IMG/VR virus record: IMGVR_UViG_3300035208_002606
DNA: 64,000 bases
Strand: one strand, 5' to 3'
Source of the DNA: a virus
Taxonomy: Duplodnaviria; Heunggongvirae; Uroviricota; Caudoviricetes
Shown here piece after piece: positions 1 to 8,665 of the stretch. Positions within the stretch are counted from its first letter, which is position 1. Every line of letters begins with the position of its first letter. The notes under the pieces were generated by a model. That model ran no database searches. It was given only the letters and a program-made list of their open reading frames with translations, and was not told the DNA's origin. The position numbers and the translations under genes are program-made.

Positions 1-1
1 A

Positions 2-556
2 AAAGCCGCAGACTACGGCCTCACCAACGAGAAAGTCTCAAAATTCATGCGCTTCGTAAGGGAACGATATAAGAGTATACCCCCGCATAGAAAAGCCCCT
101 ATCCCCATGCTGGACCTCTACCCGACAAAGATGAAGATAAGATTTAAATTTCCCGCCCTCATCTTCTACACCAACAAGGTCGAAAAGGGACAAGGCTATG
201 TCGTGAGGGCAAAGACAATCGGCCCCATCGTTATAATAGGAAAACCCTACGAGCGCGACAAAGGCCTTCTAGCCCATGAAATCATCCACACCGAACAGTT
301 TTGGCTCCACGGCCTTCTCATCCATATGCTCCTCTACAAATTCCACCGCTACTACCGCCTTAAATGCGAATGCGAAGCCTACTACGCACAATGGAGAGCG
401 GGTGAACCCCAAGACCGCACCCAAACCAAAAAAGAAGACTTCACCGACAGAATCCACCTGTTCTATAATTTAAAATACTCCCGCGAGTATGTAGACAAAG
501 TATTCTCCGATTATTTTGACAAGTGGGATATCATCAGCAGGGAAACCATCATATGA
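2..556 (+). CDS. HExxH (zincin-like) putative metallopeptidase; probably 5'-truncated by the window edge
   Basis: Frame is open from nt 2 to the ATG at 47 and on to the stop at 556; motif LLAHEIIHTEQ. Confidence 0.5.
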   Translation, partial: KAADYGLTNEKVSKFMRFVRERYKSIPPHRKAPIPMLDLYPTKMKIRFKFPALIFYTNKVEKGQGYVVRAKTIGPIVIIGKPYERDKGLLAHEIIHTEQFWLHGLLIHMLLYKFHRYYRLKCECEAYYAQWRAGEPQDRTQTKKEDFTDRIHLFYNLKYSREYVDKVFSDYFDKWDIISRETII

Positions 557-879
557 AATTCAAAAAAAGACAAACAGCCTTCCATATTACATATAAAAAA
601 AATCTCCAATCTATTTTAAAAATAGGACTACTCCCAAAAATTCCCAAAGACTACGAACAAGAACAAAAAGGAATTTATCTTTTTCCAACCTTTAATGACG
701 CAGAAAATGCATTAGGAAGTTGGCTAGAAGATAGAATTGATGAAAATGAAGACCTCATAGCCCTAGAAATAGACATAACAGACTTAAACCCTTATATTAC
801 CCAATCAGTAGAATGGGAACTTATTTGCTCAATCCCCATCAAACCCAATCGTATTCTGAAATATATAGATATTGATTAA
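553..879 (+). CDS. ADP-ribosyltransferase-fold (Tpt1/DarT-like) small protein
   Basis: ATG at 553 overlaps the upstream stop (ATGA); FHIT..NLQSILKIGLLP followed by GIYLF resembles the H-x-T...GL...Y ART signature. Confidence 0.5.
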   Translation: MKFKKRQTAFHITYKKNLQSILKIGLLPKIPKDYEQEQKGIYLFPTFNDAENALGSWLEDRIDENEDLIALEIDITDLNPYITQSVEWELICSIPIKPNRILKYIDID

Positions 880-1373
880 TAAGAAGAATGGGGCCATTCG
901 GCAACAAACTCACAATAAGGATTTCCACTTTTCTTTGCCACAACCAAAGCCTTTTTAAACATTTCCTGTATTATTTCCTGACCCTCAATAATCACTTCCT
1001 CATCATACGACTCCGCAAGGGCAAATACTTTCGTACTTCCTTTTCTTTGAATGAATACAGCCTTCTTCAATAACTCAGGGTTGTGATACCATTCAGGAGC
1101 AGACACACCTTTAAACAATCCTTTTTCCTTTTGAAGAAGGTCTAACAAAATATTATGAATAAGGAAAGACCAAACCTGATTCTTCTCCGCATTTCCCTGC
1201 CTGTCCCAAGCCGCCTCCAAATACATATTACCGTCCGAATCCAAAATAGCCCTGTTATGCTTGCTATCCTCTTTCGAGTTTAAATCCGAGGCACTTGGAT
1301 TCTTATAAATGTTGTGAAAGGTATCGACCCTAGTAGTCGTGAGAATAATTTCTTCAAGAAGTGTAAATTTCAT
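876..1373 (-). CDS. hypothetical phage protein
   Basis: 165-aa ORF preceded by GGAG; no motif recognised. Confidence 0.6.
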   Translation of the reverse strand: MKFTLLEEIILTTTRVDTFHNIYKNPSASDLNSKEDSKHNRAILDSDGNMYLEAAWDRQGNAEKNQVWSFLIHNILLDLLQKEKGLFKGVSAPEWYHNPELLKKAVFIQRKGSTKVFALAESYDEEVIIEGQEIIQEMFKKALVVAKKSGNPYCEFVAEWPHSSY

Positions 1374-1568
1374 AACTTGCTCCTGAAGTTATTTATTTAA
1401 ATCGGGCCAGAGTAGCCCGAATATTAGCCCGAATCAAAATAAGCATGCTTTGGGTTTAAGATTGGGGCGCGACATTGGAAAAATATGAGACTCTATCTCT
1501 TTCTAAAAAAAGATTGTTTTTTGGATATATATGATGCCGAAGGTAGCACCCTCTTTTTACTAACCCCA

Positions 1569-1684
1569 ATCGTTATATTCTAACGATATCCCACTATAGG
1601 GCGCTCCCTCCCCCTAGGGGGGCATACCCCCTCCCCCTCCCCTATCGTTATAACCCTAACGATTGCTTGTTAATTTCTAACGAT
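1569..1684. promoter_or_regulatory. cluster of palindromic boxes (ATC/TT)GTTA-N5/6-TAACGAT
   Basis: Copies at 1569-1587, 1644-1663 and 1667-1684; further copies at 4606-4624, 4650-4667, 4811-4828 and 9974-9991. Confidence 0.6.
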
Positions 1685-1731
1685 ATAATCCTACGCACTA
1701 CTACCTGGTACTAATGGGTCATGATTGGGTT

Positions 1732-1990
1732 AGTACCCTCAGGACTCTCAGCACCCTCAGCACCCTCAGGACTATCATGACTTCAGTTCCAGTACCCTCA
1801 GGACTCTCAGCACCAACACCATCATCCTAACCATCCGACTAATCATCCGACTAACTATCCTAATCATCCTGACTATCCTAATCATCCTGACTATCCTAAC
1901 CTTCCTAGAACTGAAAGCCTGAGCATCCTGAACATCCTAACTATCCTGAACGTCCTAACTATCCTAACCCATCCTAACCCATCCTAACCT
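1732..1990. repeat. non-coding tract of short direct repeats
   Basis: 24-bp repeat AGTACCCTCAGGACTCTCAGCACC at 1732 and 1791; run of degenerate 9-mers ATCCT(A/G)A(C/A)(C/T) from about 1824 to 1990. Confidence 0.8.
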
Positions 1991-1991
1991 C

Positions 1992-2020
1992 TTGACAAGT
2001 CCAAATCCTTATGCTATTAT
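1992..2020 (+). promoter_or_regulatory. sigma70-type early promoter; leaderless start at ATG 2027
   Basis: TTGACA(1992)-N17-TATTAT(2015); ATG lies 6 nt after the -10 box with no SD. Confidence 0.8.
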
Positions 2021-2026
2021 TAAAGT

Positions 2027-2287
2027 ATGACGAAGGAACAGAAGGACATGCTTAAAAATCTGCCTGAAGAATGGAAAGGGATTGCACCTCTAGCCGAACA
2101 GACTTGGAACTTCGAAGATACCTTCGACAAGGCTACTAAGGCAATGGGTCTTAACGATGACAGCGGGGTGGAAGATTTATTGGCAGGGGTCGTTGGGGCT
2201 TTCGTTGGGAAGAACCCCGCCAAGGATATATACCTGAAGGGTCTGAAGCGTGAGAAGGCCATCGACAAGAAATACAAGGAGAAATAA
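2027..2287 (+). CDS. hypothetical early protein
   Basis: 86-aa ORF directly behind the promoter. Confidence 0.7.
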   Translation: MTKEQKDMLKNLPEEWKGIAPLAEQTWNFEDTFDKATKAMGLNDDSGVEDLLAGVVGAFVGKNPAKDIYLKGLKREKAIDKKYKEK

Positions 2288-2539
2288 ATGAACGGCAAAC
2301 TTCGGCACATTGAAAGGCGTAAGGCGGCTAAGGAGAAGGAGCAGGAGAAGTGGGGTGAGTTCCATACCAATCAGGAAAAGGTAAGACGGGCTATCGACTG
2401 CGTTTACATCCTGCAACAGCACGGAGTGAATGTTAAGGATTCGCTAGCGAAGCGGGGCATCGATGTAACCGATGCCATCAACTACACCGACAACATGCTT
2501 GAGGCCTTGGAAGAGATGGTCACTTCCTTGGAAGGGTAG
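2288..2539 (+). CDS. hypothetical early protein
   Basis: 83-aa ORF abutting the previous stop, with SD AAGGAG. Confidence 0.7.
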   Translation: MNGKLRHIERRKAAKEKEQEKWGEFHTNQEKVRRAIDCVYILQQHGVNVKDSLAKRGIDVTDAINYTDNMLEALEEMVTSLEG

Positions 2540-2551
2540 AGAGGGGTTAGC

Positions 2552-2827
2552 ATGTCTTTGATTGTATTGATTCTACTCCTGACGGTGAGCGAATTGGGTT
2601 ATCATTACCTTCAAACCCGCAAGAGGAACAAGACCTTGGCAATCTCTCAGGTCATTCTAGACACAATGACCAAATCCCTCTATGCCCACATCCTGTTAAA
2701 TTTGGGCAAGGATGACGGGGAGAAGATGGTGAAGAACGCCCTGCTTACCACTAGGAAGGAGTTGGAGAAGCAGTACGGCATCGTCCTGAAAGACCTGAAG
2801 ATTACGCAGATAAAGGAGGAGAAATAA
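2552..2827 (+). CDS. hypothetical protein with N-terminal hydrophobic segment
   Basis: MSLIVLILLLTV; SD GAGGGG. Confidence 0.65.
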   Translation: MSLIVLILLLTVSELGYHYLQTRKRNKTLAISQVILDTMTKSLYAHILLNLGKDDGEKMVKNALLTTRKELEKQYGIVLKDLKITQIKEEK

Positions 2828-3087
2828 TGACAACGACAAATTGCGAATGGGTTATAATTGATGGTAAATGTTATGTGCCATGTTTGAATAGTGTAACTCT
2901 CGATGTCGATTGCGGTGAAGATTTTGATTTAAAAAAAGATAAGGCTAGCGTGAAGAAGGCGATGCATGCGATGAAAATCGAACATGATAAAGAAGTAATG
3001 GAAGACGAAATAGAGGCCGAAATAAAAGAACGGCAGGATACACAGGTCAAGTTATTTGAACAACTTATTTCCCGTAAAAAGGCTTGA
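2827..3087 (+). CDS. hypothetical protein
   Basis: TAATG coupling; SD GGAGGAG. Confidence 0.65.
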   Translation: MTTTNCEWVIIDGKCYVPCLNSVTLDVDCGEDFDLKKDKASVKKAMHAMKIEHDKEVMEDEIEAEIKERQDTQVKLFEQLISRKKA

Positions 3088-3112
3088 CAAGTAAGATTTG
3101 GTGTGATACAAT
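3084..3112 (+). promoter_or_regulatory. sigma70-type promoter
   Basis: TTGACA(3084)-N17-TACAAT(3107). Confidence 0.8.
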
Positions 3113-3144
3113 TAAAGTATGAAAGACAATAAGGAGGTAAGGTA

Positions 3145-4485
3145 ATGGGTAATGCGGTAAACAATCAGAAGATTCGCAACCTGAGCATGCAGAAGTATCG
3201 GGGGGTGTTGGTGGAGTCGATGCAGATGCACCTGAGGGCGATGGAAGCGGGTGACTATTCCTACAACAATCCGCTGTTTGTATGGGGTCCTCCGGGCATC
3301 GGCAAGAGCATGATTCTGCTCTCCATCTGCCGTGAGACTTGGCTGAACGCCAAGGATGCCAAGGGCAAGATGCTGTTTGACGAGAAGTTCCTGAACGAAC
3401 TCAGGCCGTGGGACGCTTCGCAATGGCCCCTGTATACGACCGAGCAGAGAGAGAAGGTTAACACCTTCAAGCAGGGTTGGGTGCTGATGGATGTGCGCCT
3501 GTCTCAGGTTGACCCTGTCGAAATCAAGGGTGCGCCGATGTACGACTACAAGAACCTGAAGGCCTCTTTCGTCCGCTTCTCTTCCATTCTGCCCGACCCC
3601 AATATCGAGAACCCGACCTTCCTGTTCCTTGACGAACTGCCCTTGGCTTCGGAAATGGTCCAGTCCGCAGGGTATCAGTTAATCAACGACCGCAGGATTG
3701 GCGACTACCATCTACCCCGTAAGTGTCAGGTGGTTTCGGCGGGGAACCGTCCCGAAGACGGTGGCGTTCACAACGAAATGTCCCCCGCCCTTGTCAACCG
3801 CTTCGACCATGTTGGTCTTGACATCGACTATGACGGGTTCGTCAAGTACGTCTCCAACGGTCACGGCTACGATGAGACGATGGTGGCCTTCCTGATGTAC
3901 TCCAAGGAGCAGGACAAGGATGCTCTGTACAAGTTGGATATCTCCAATGTCGGCAACTTCCCGACCTTCCGCTCTTGGGAGAAGGCTCTCCGCAAGGTGA
4001 AGTACGGCTCCAAGGAATACGAAGCGTTGGCTGATTCCGTGGGTCAGGCCGTTGCCGCCAAGTTTGAGAATTTCAAGGAAATCACGAAGGACATTCCCGA
4101 TGCCGAGACTCTCGTGACCAAGAAGATTTACTATGAGGAAGTGGCCCTTCAGTTGGTGGCCTCTCAGAAGGTTGGCAATCACCTTCTCAACAAGGAACTG
4201 AGTGCCAAGATGAGCGAAGACAAGTCCCACAACTACTTTCGTTACTTCGTGGACATGAAGAACCCCAAGGACAAGTCCGACTCCCGTGAGGAACTCACTA
4301 TCCTGTTCCTTGTCAACGTCAAGGGCAATCTTGAGGTTCTCGACAAGATTGACAAGGGAATGCAGAAGGCTATCAAGGCCGGGAAACTCAAGGTTGAGAA
4401 GCATCCCGAAACGGGTGACGAAATGAAAGATGTGTACGGTCTCATTTTTGGAAAGTGGCGGTCGTTGAGCGATATTGAGGGTTAG
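3145..4485 (+). CDS. MoxR-like/AAA_5 ATPase
   Basis: Walker A WGPPGIGKS, Walker B LFLDE, sensor AGNR and NRF.H motifs. Confidence 0.85.
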   Translation: MGNAVNNQKIRNLSMQKYRGVLVESMQMHLRAMEAGDYSYNNPLFVWGPPGIGKSMILLSICRETWLNAKDAKGKMLFDEKFLNELRPWDASQWPLYTTEQREKVNTFKQGWVLMDVRLSQVDPVEIKGAPMYDYKNLKASFVRFSSILPDPNIENPTFLFLDELPLASEMVQSAGYQLINDRRIGDYHLPRKCQVVSAGNRPEDGGVHNEMSPALVNRFDHVGLDIDYDGFVKYVSNGHGYDETMVAFLMYSKEQDKDALYKLDISNVGNFPTFRSWEKALRKVKYGSKEYEALADSVGQAVAAKFENFKEITKDIPDAETLVTKKIYYEEVALQLVASQKVGNHLLNKELSAKMSEDKSHNYFRYFVDMKNPKDKSDSREELTILFLVNVKGNLEVLDKIDKGMQKAIKAGKLKVEKHPETGDEMKDVYGLIFGKWRSLSDIEG

Positions 4486-4507
4486 ACCCCTTACCTCCCT
4501 TTCATAT

Positions 4508-4540
4508 AACCCCCTCTGCCCGTGAGAGGGGGTTTTGTTT
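4508..4540 (+). terminator. rho-independent terminator
   Basis: AACCCCCTCT-GCCCGTG-AGAGGGGGTT followed by TTGTTT. Confidence 0.8.
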
Positions 4541-5042
4541 TATACTCGCTCTATGGCTTTTACGATTTAAATATATCTTAACCCCAATTTTCCCGCCGCC
4601 CTTATATCGTTAATTTCTAACGATTGCTTGTTAAAAGTTAAACAATATCTTGTTAAGTTCTAACGATTTTCCCGCGGTTCGAATGGGTTCGGATTATCCC
4701 GACTTATCGGGAGTTTGCGAAGGGTTGTGAAAGTCGTGAAAATTGGGCGAGGGAAATATTGCGAAGATTACCGATAGTCGGGAAGAATTCGGAAGGTCGT
4801 AGGGTCGGTGCGTTAGGAATTTAACGATAAAAAATTTAGAAGGATAGCGTTCTGATATGTTTAAACGGCAATGACCCCTCAGGAACGAGCAGGAATATGC
4901 AGAAATATTGACCCCTCTGCATTTCTCTGTCTCTCTCTGTATTGGCATGACATTACGTGATATTATGTGATATCATTTTGATATTGTTTTGAAACTCCAT
5001 CTTTCATCCCCCTGTACTGCCTGTTTTTAATCTCTTTTATAC

Positions 5043-5071
5043 TTGACAGGTGCTACATCATATGATATAAT
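5043..5071 (+). promoter_or_regulatory. consensus sigma70 promoter driving the Cys-rich ORF array
   Basis: TTGACA(5043)-N17-TATAAT(5066). Confidence 0.9.
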
Positions 5072-5091
5072 ATATTTGTGGATAGAATAGC

Positions 5092-5553
5092 ATGAAACAA
5101 GAAATATTTCGCTTCTATTTTGAGCCTGAGAAATACTTTGGAACGGGGTATAAAACAGGCTTAAAGAACTTCTCTGATGCCCCCTATTCTCCCCTTCGTT
5201 GTCCTACTCAAAAACAGGTTGAAGAGGCTAAGAGGATAGGGCAGAAGTTCCGCTTGTGGCTTGTACTACATCCTGATTATTTTAAAGGTAGACTTGAAGG
5301 ATTTGATAAGCCTTTGGGTGTGTGGAGTAGTATAAATCGGCAAGCACCTTTTCAATACAATAGTATGGTAATGGCAAAGATGTGCGATTTGTGTCTTTTT
5401 AATAAAATTGGTCAAGATGGGGTAGGAAATTTATTCAGGTGTCCTGATGTTCGGCCTAGGTTCTTCGGGTGTGGAGATGTGCGGTTTACGGATGCGAAGA
5501 CAGATTCTCGTTTTACATATTTCCCCTGCTTGGAATGGGTGAAGCATGTCTGA
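5092..5553 (+). CDS. Cys-rich array protein, unit 1
   Basis: KFRLWLVLH...CDLC...C...CLEWVKHV. Confidence 0.8.
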   Translation: MKQEIFRFYFEPEKYFGTGYKTGLKNFSDAPYSPLRCPTQKQVEEAKRIGQKFRLWLVLHPDYFKGRLEGFDKPLGVWSSINRQAPFQYNSMVMAKMCDLCLFNKIGQDGVGNLFRCPDVRPRFFGCGDVRFTDAKTDSRFTYFPCLEWVKHV

Positions 5554-5680
5554 ACAGGAATTGCAACTGTTGGGGGGCGATGTCGAAAAGAGCAAAACGG
5601 TAATCTTTACGGGAGAGTTGCTTGAATATTATCATGCGTTTGGAAATGGCTGTTGCATCGAATGGGTGAAGTATGTCTAA
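5546..5680 (+). CDS. Cys-rich array protein, unit 2 (44 aa, internally reduced; below the ORF-track cutoff)
   Basis: Hand translation MSEQELQLLGG...GCCIEWVKYV; 8-nt overlaps at both ends. Confidence 0.7.
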   Translation: MSEQELQLLGGDVEKSKTVIFTGELLEYYHAFGNGCCIEWVKYV

Positions 5681-6011
5681 TACGACAAACGAAATAGGCG
5701 TAGAGAACATGGAAAACATGTGCAAGTACAACAGGGAAGACTTGAAAAAGTTCGAGAACAAGTTAAGATTGTGGTGTATCCTGCATGGGGTTACTGTAAA
5801 AGAGATTTTAGCAAGAATGCCTACGTTTTGGATGAAGAATCTTTGCCCCCGTTGCCCTTATAGTGCTTCCTACAACACTTGTACAAAAGGACAGGATGCG
5901 AAAGTGCTGTGGATGGTTCGATACAGCGGTGAAATGATAGAAACATCATTGAAAGAGGCAACTGTCGGGGGGATGGATTGTCTTTGCATGGAATGGGTGA
6001 AGCATGTCTAG
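5673..6011 (+). CDS. Cys-rich array protein, unit 3
   Basis: KLRLWCILH...CPRC...CMEWVKHV. Confidence 0.8.
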   Translation: MSNTTNEIGVENMENMCKYNREDLKKFENKLRLWCILHGVTVKEILARMPTFWMKNLCPRCPYSASYNTCTKGQDAKVLWMVRYSGEMIETSLKEATVGGMDCLCMEWVKHV

Positions 6012-6273
6012 GAAAGAACTGAAGAGGTTGGAGGGGAAACTGCGTTTGTATTTGCTTCTGCATAATTTCGATATAAAAGAGGTAGTAACGGGGAATGATT
6101 ATATATATTCCCATATATTTTGTCGCCTGTGTCCTTTGTTTTCTGATAGGGAGTGTACAAAAAACAAAGTAGTGTGGGTGAATTGCGACAAGAAAATGAG
6201 AGAAATGACTTTGAGCGACGCGCAAAAAATCAAAAAACGCTATCGTTGTGTCGAATGGGTGAAACATGTCTGA
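6004..6273 (+). CDS. Cys-rich array protein, unit 4 (close paralogue of unit 13)
   Basis: KLRLYLLLH...CRLC...CVEWVKHV. Confidence 0.8.
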   Translation: MSRKELKRLEGKLRLYLLLHNFDIKEVVTGNDYIYSHIFCRLCPLFSDRECTKNKVVWVNCDKKMREMTLSDAQKIKKRYRCVEWVKHV

Positions 6274-6559
6274 AAACGAATTAAAGAAATGGGAAGGAAA
6301 ATTAAATTTGTGGGTGAAACTTCATCCTGAAGTGGTGCAGAATTATTTATTGGGTCGAAGGGTAATTGTTTGCTCAGACATTTGCGAAATAATGTCATGC
6401 CCTTATTGTAAAAACGGTAAAAGAACTTGTCGTAACAACCCCAAAAAATTATTATTGGGGGTTCAATATGATTTATCTACCATCAAATGCGTATCATCTA
6501 AAGAATTATCGACCAATCCTGAAATTATAGGGTGCGTGGAGTGGATTAAGCATGTCTAG
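6266..6559 (+). CDS. Cys-rich array protein, unit 5
   Basis: KLNLWVKLH...CPYC...CVEWIKHV. Confidence 0.8.
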   Translation: MSENELKKWEGKLNLWVKLHPEVVQNYLLGRRVIVCSDICEIMSCPYCKNGKRTCRNNPKKLLLGVQYDLSTIKCVSSKELSTNPEIIGCVEWIKHV

Positions 6560-6857
6560 ACGGGAAATAAACAAGATTAAAAAGAAAATCAGGCTGTGGT
6601 GCGTCCTGCATAATGTTTCTTTGGGGGATAGGGATACAGGAGCCAATGGGTTTGTCTATAAAGAAGCGTGTGGGGCTTGCATGAAAAAAAATGGGGGTAG
6701 ATGTATGGCGTCGCAAAAAGTGAGAAACAATACACCCTTGTTGGTTCTTGATACAAAGAGAATGAGATTGTATCGAAATATGGGTGCGAATAAAATAAAC
6801 AACTATTCACAGAACAATAAAAGTTGGTGGTGTGTGGAATGGGTGAATTATGTTTGA
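6552..6857 (+). CDS. Cys-rich array protein, unit 6 (close paralogue of unit 14)
   Basis: KIRLWCVLH...CGAC...CVEWVNYV. Confidence 0.8.
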   Translation: MSRREINKIKKKIRLWCVLHNVSLGDRDTGANGFVYKEACGACMKKNGGRCMASQKVRNNTPLLVLDTKRMRLYRNMGANKINNYSQNNKSWWCVEWVNYV

Positions 6858-7107
6858 CGGAACCTTCGAAAGCCTGACGAGTGAATATCGCCAAAGGCGA
6901 TTAATAAAAGAGTGGCGTTGGAAACCCACCAAAGCAGAATTAGAACGATTGACCCAGAAATATAGACTGTGGGGGATTTTACATCATAATGAATCAAATT
7001 GCAAGCATTGTATATTCAATCATCATCGTTGTACAGGAGCCAACAAACATTATGAAGGGTTCGGTGCTTGCCATGCCTTTTTAAAAGAGGGGAATTATAT
7101 TAAATGA
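6850..7107 (+). CDS. Cys-rich array protein, unit 7 (atypical ends)
   Basis: KYRLWGILH...CKHC; lacks the CxEW tail; ATGA overlap with the next gene. Confidence 0.7.
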   Translation: MFDGTFESLTSEYRQRRLIKEWRWKPTKAELERLTQKYRLWGILHHNESNCKHCIFNHHRCTGANKHYEGFGACHAFLKEGNYIK

Positions 7108-7343
7108 ACGAACAAGAATTGGAACGACTGCGGGGAAAGAAAAGGTTGTGGCATGTTTTGCACCCTAGAGAAGGGAATGTGTCATTTTGTAAATTTTGTC
7201 CCCATAGAAATACTCCCGAATGGTGTCTCCGCAACCCCCGTTTAGTATACATCTTTGATAAAGATGAAATAAAATTACATAAGGGATATCTCTCTGATGT
7301 CAAAGAAACATGTAATTGTGCAGAATGGGTGAGATATGTATAA
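7104..7343 (+). CDS. Cys-rich array protein, unit 8
   Basis: KKRLWHVLH...CKFC...CAEWVRYV. Confidence 0.8.
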   Translation: MNEQELERLRGKKRLWHVLHPREGNVSFCKFCPHRNTPEWCLRNPRLVYIFDKDEIKLHKGYLSDVKETCNCAEWVRYV

Positions 7344-7605
7344 AAAACAAACTCCTGAATATTGGCTTGGGAAATTAAGGCTATGGATGAAACTGCATCC
7401 CGAAGAATCAAGCCAAACTGATATAGTATCATCTTGTAAGGGGTGTCCTTGTTACTGCGACCCGCCTGAAGATTGTTTTGCATTAAAAGAAAGATTCTTT
7501 GTATCTAGAGATTTCAAAACAGGGGTGCTTTCAACCTGTACGGGATTTACAAAGTGCATTCACAATACCTTATTCTATTGCTTGGAGTGGATTAAGCATG
7601 TCTAA
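7336..7605 (+). CDS. Cys-rich array protein, unit 9
   Basis: KLRLWMKLH...CKGC...CLEWIKHV. Confidence 0.8.
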   Translation: MYKKQTPEYWLGKLRLWMKLHPEESSQTDIVSSCKGCPCYCDPPEDCFALKERFFVSRDFKTGVLSTCTGFTKCIHNTLFYCLEWIKHV

Positions 7606-7867
7606 GAAAAGAAATAATGAGTATTGGCTAGGTAAGATTAGATTATGGTTTACTCTGCGAGGCGGGAAAGAGTTGTGGAACAAGACCCACACTCGTCTTG
7701 ACCTTTGCGAGAAATGCCGATATTATCAACCAACGAATAAGGAGTGTGTTAAAAAGAAAAATTTTAGAGGAAGATTGATAGTGAATAGGGATTTGAGCGA
7801 AATTCGATATTGGAACGGGGGTGCGGATTACTATTTTTTCTGTGCCGAATGGATTAAAGATGTCTGA
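7598..7867 (+). CDS. Cys-rich array protein, unit 10
   Basis: Start reassigned to the junction ATG at 7598; KIRLWFTL...CEKC...CAEWIKDV. Confidence 0.8.
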   Translation: MSKKRNNEYWLGKIRLWFTLRGGKELWNKTHTRLDLCEKCRYYQPTNKECVKKKNFRGRLIVNRDLSEIRYWNGGADYYFFCAEWIKDV

Positions 7868-8117
7868 ACAAGAATTGGAACGATTAGAGAGGAAAGTAAA
7901 ATTGTGGATGGTTTTACATCTTCAAGAATTCCAAACTGACCCTATAAATTTCTGTTGCTCTCATTGTCCTTATCACAAAAATTGGGCTTGTTTTGAAAGG
8001 TCTATGGGGGCGAGACTTATGTATGATACAGAGAAAAATAAATTGATAATAGTAGAGGGGCCAGTAAATCCCTCTCATATGAGATTTCATTGTGCGGAAT
8101 GGATGAGGCATGTCTGA
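7860..8117 (+). CDS. Cys-rich array protein, unit 11
   Basis: Junction ATG at 7860; KVKLWMVLH...CSHC...CAEWMRHV. Confidence 0.8.
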   Translation: MSEQELERLERKVKLWMVLHLQEFQTDPINFCCSHCPYHKNWACFERSMGARLMYDTEKNKLIIVEGPVNPSHMRFHCAEWMRHV

Positions 8118-8403
8118 ACAGGAATTAAAAAAGTATCACTCAAAATTACGTTTGTACTTCCTGTTGCATAATTGTAATATGAAAGAGGGAATACGGATGG
8201 AAGATTTGGAATATACAACAACCTTTTGTTCCCGTTGTCCTTTGTATATATCTGGAAAGAGTCGGTGTGCAAAAGGAGTTGACGAAAAAAAAGTATTGTG
8301 GTTGCAAATGAATGACCTTGAAGAAATGAAAGAAATGACTTTGAAGACGGCATCACAATTTAAACAATCCTATCGTTGTGTCGAATGGGTGAAGCATGTC
8401 TAG
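8110..8403 (+). CDS. Cys-rich array protein, unit 12
   Basis: KLRLYFLLH...CSRC...CVEWVKHV. Confidence 0.8.
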   Translation: MSEQELKKYHSKLRLYFLLHNCNMKEGIRMEDLEYTTTFCSRCPLYISGKSRCAKGVDEKKVLWLQMNDLEEMKEMTLKTASQFKQSYRCVEWVKHV

Positions 8404-8665
8404 GAAAGAACTGAAGAAATTGGAAGGGAAACTGCGTTTGTATTTGCTTCTGCATAATTTCGACATACACAATGTAGTAAGGGGGAATAATTACGCATAT
8501 TCCAATATATTTTGTCGCCTGTGTCCTTTGCTTCCTGATAGGGAGTGTACAAATAACAAAGTAGTGTGGGTGAATTGCGATAAGAAAATGAGAGAAATGA
8601 CTTTGGGGCGCGCGCAAAAAATCAAAAAACAGTATCGATGCGTGGAGTGGATTAAGCATGTCTAG
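8396..8665 (+). CDS. Cys-rich array protein, unit 13
   Basis: Same length as unit 4 and colinear with it. Confidence 0.8.
   Translation: MSRKELKKLEGKLRLYLLLHNFDIHNVVRGNNYAYSNIFCRLCPLLPDRECTNNKVVWVNCDKKMREMTLGRAQKIKKQYRCVEWIKHV

Noticed and set aside
1940-1990. GGTTAG/TTAGGG telomere-like repeats on the - strand
   Set aside because: The periodicity is 9-10 bp and degenerate, part of a larger repeat tract, and not a true hexamer array.
3712-4404. 230-aa antisense ORF inside the AAA ATPase, and similar antisense ORFs in the sheath and tape measure genes
   Set aside because: These are typical shadow ORFs from codon bias, with no motifs or RBS.
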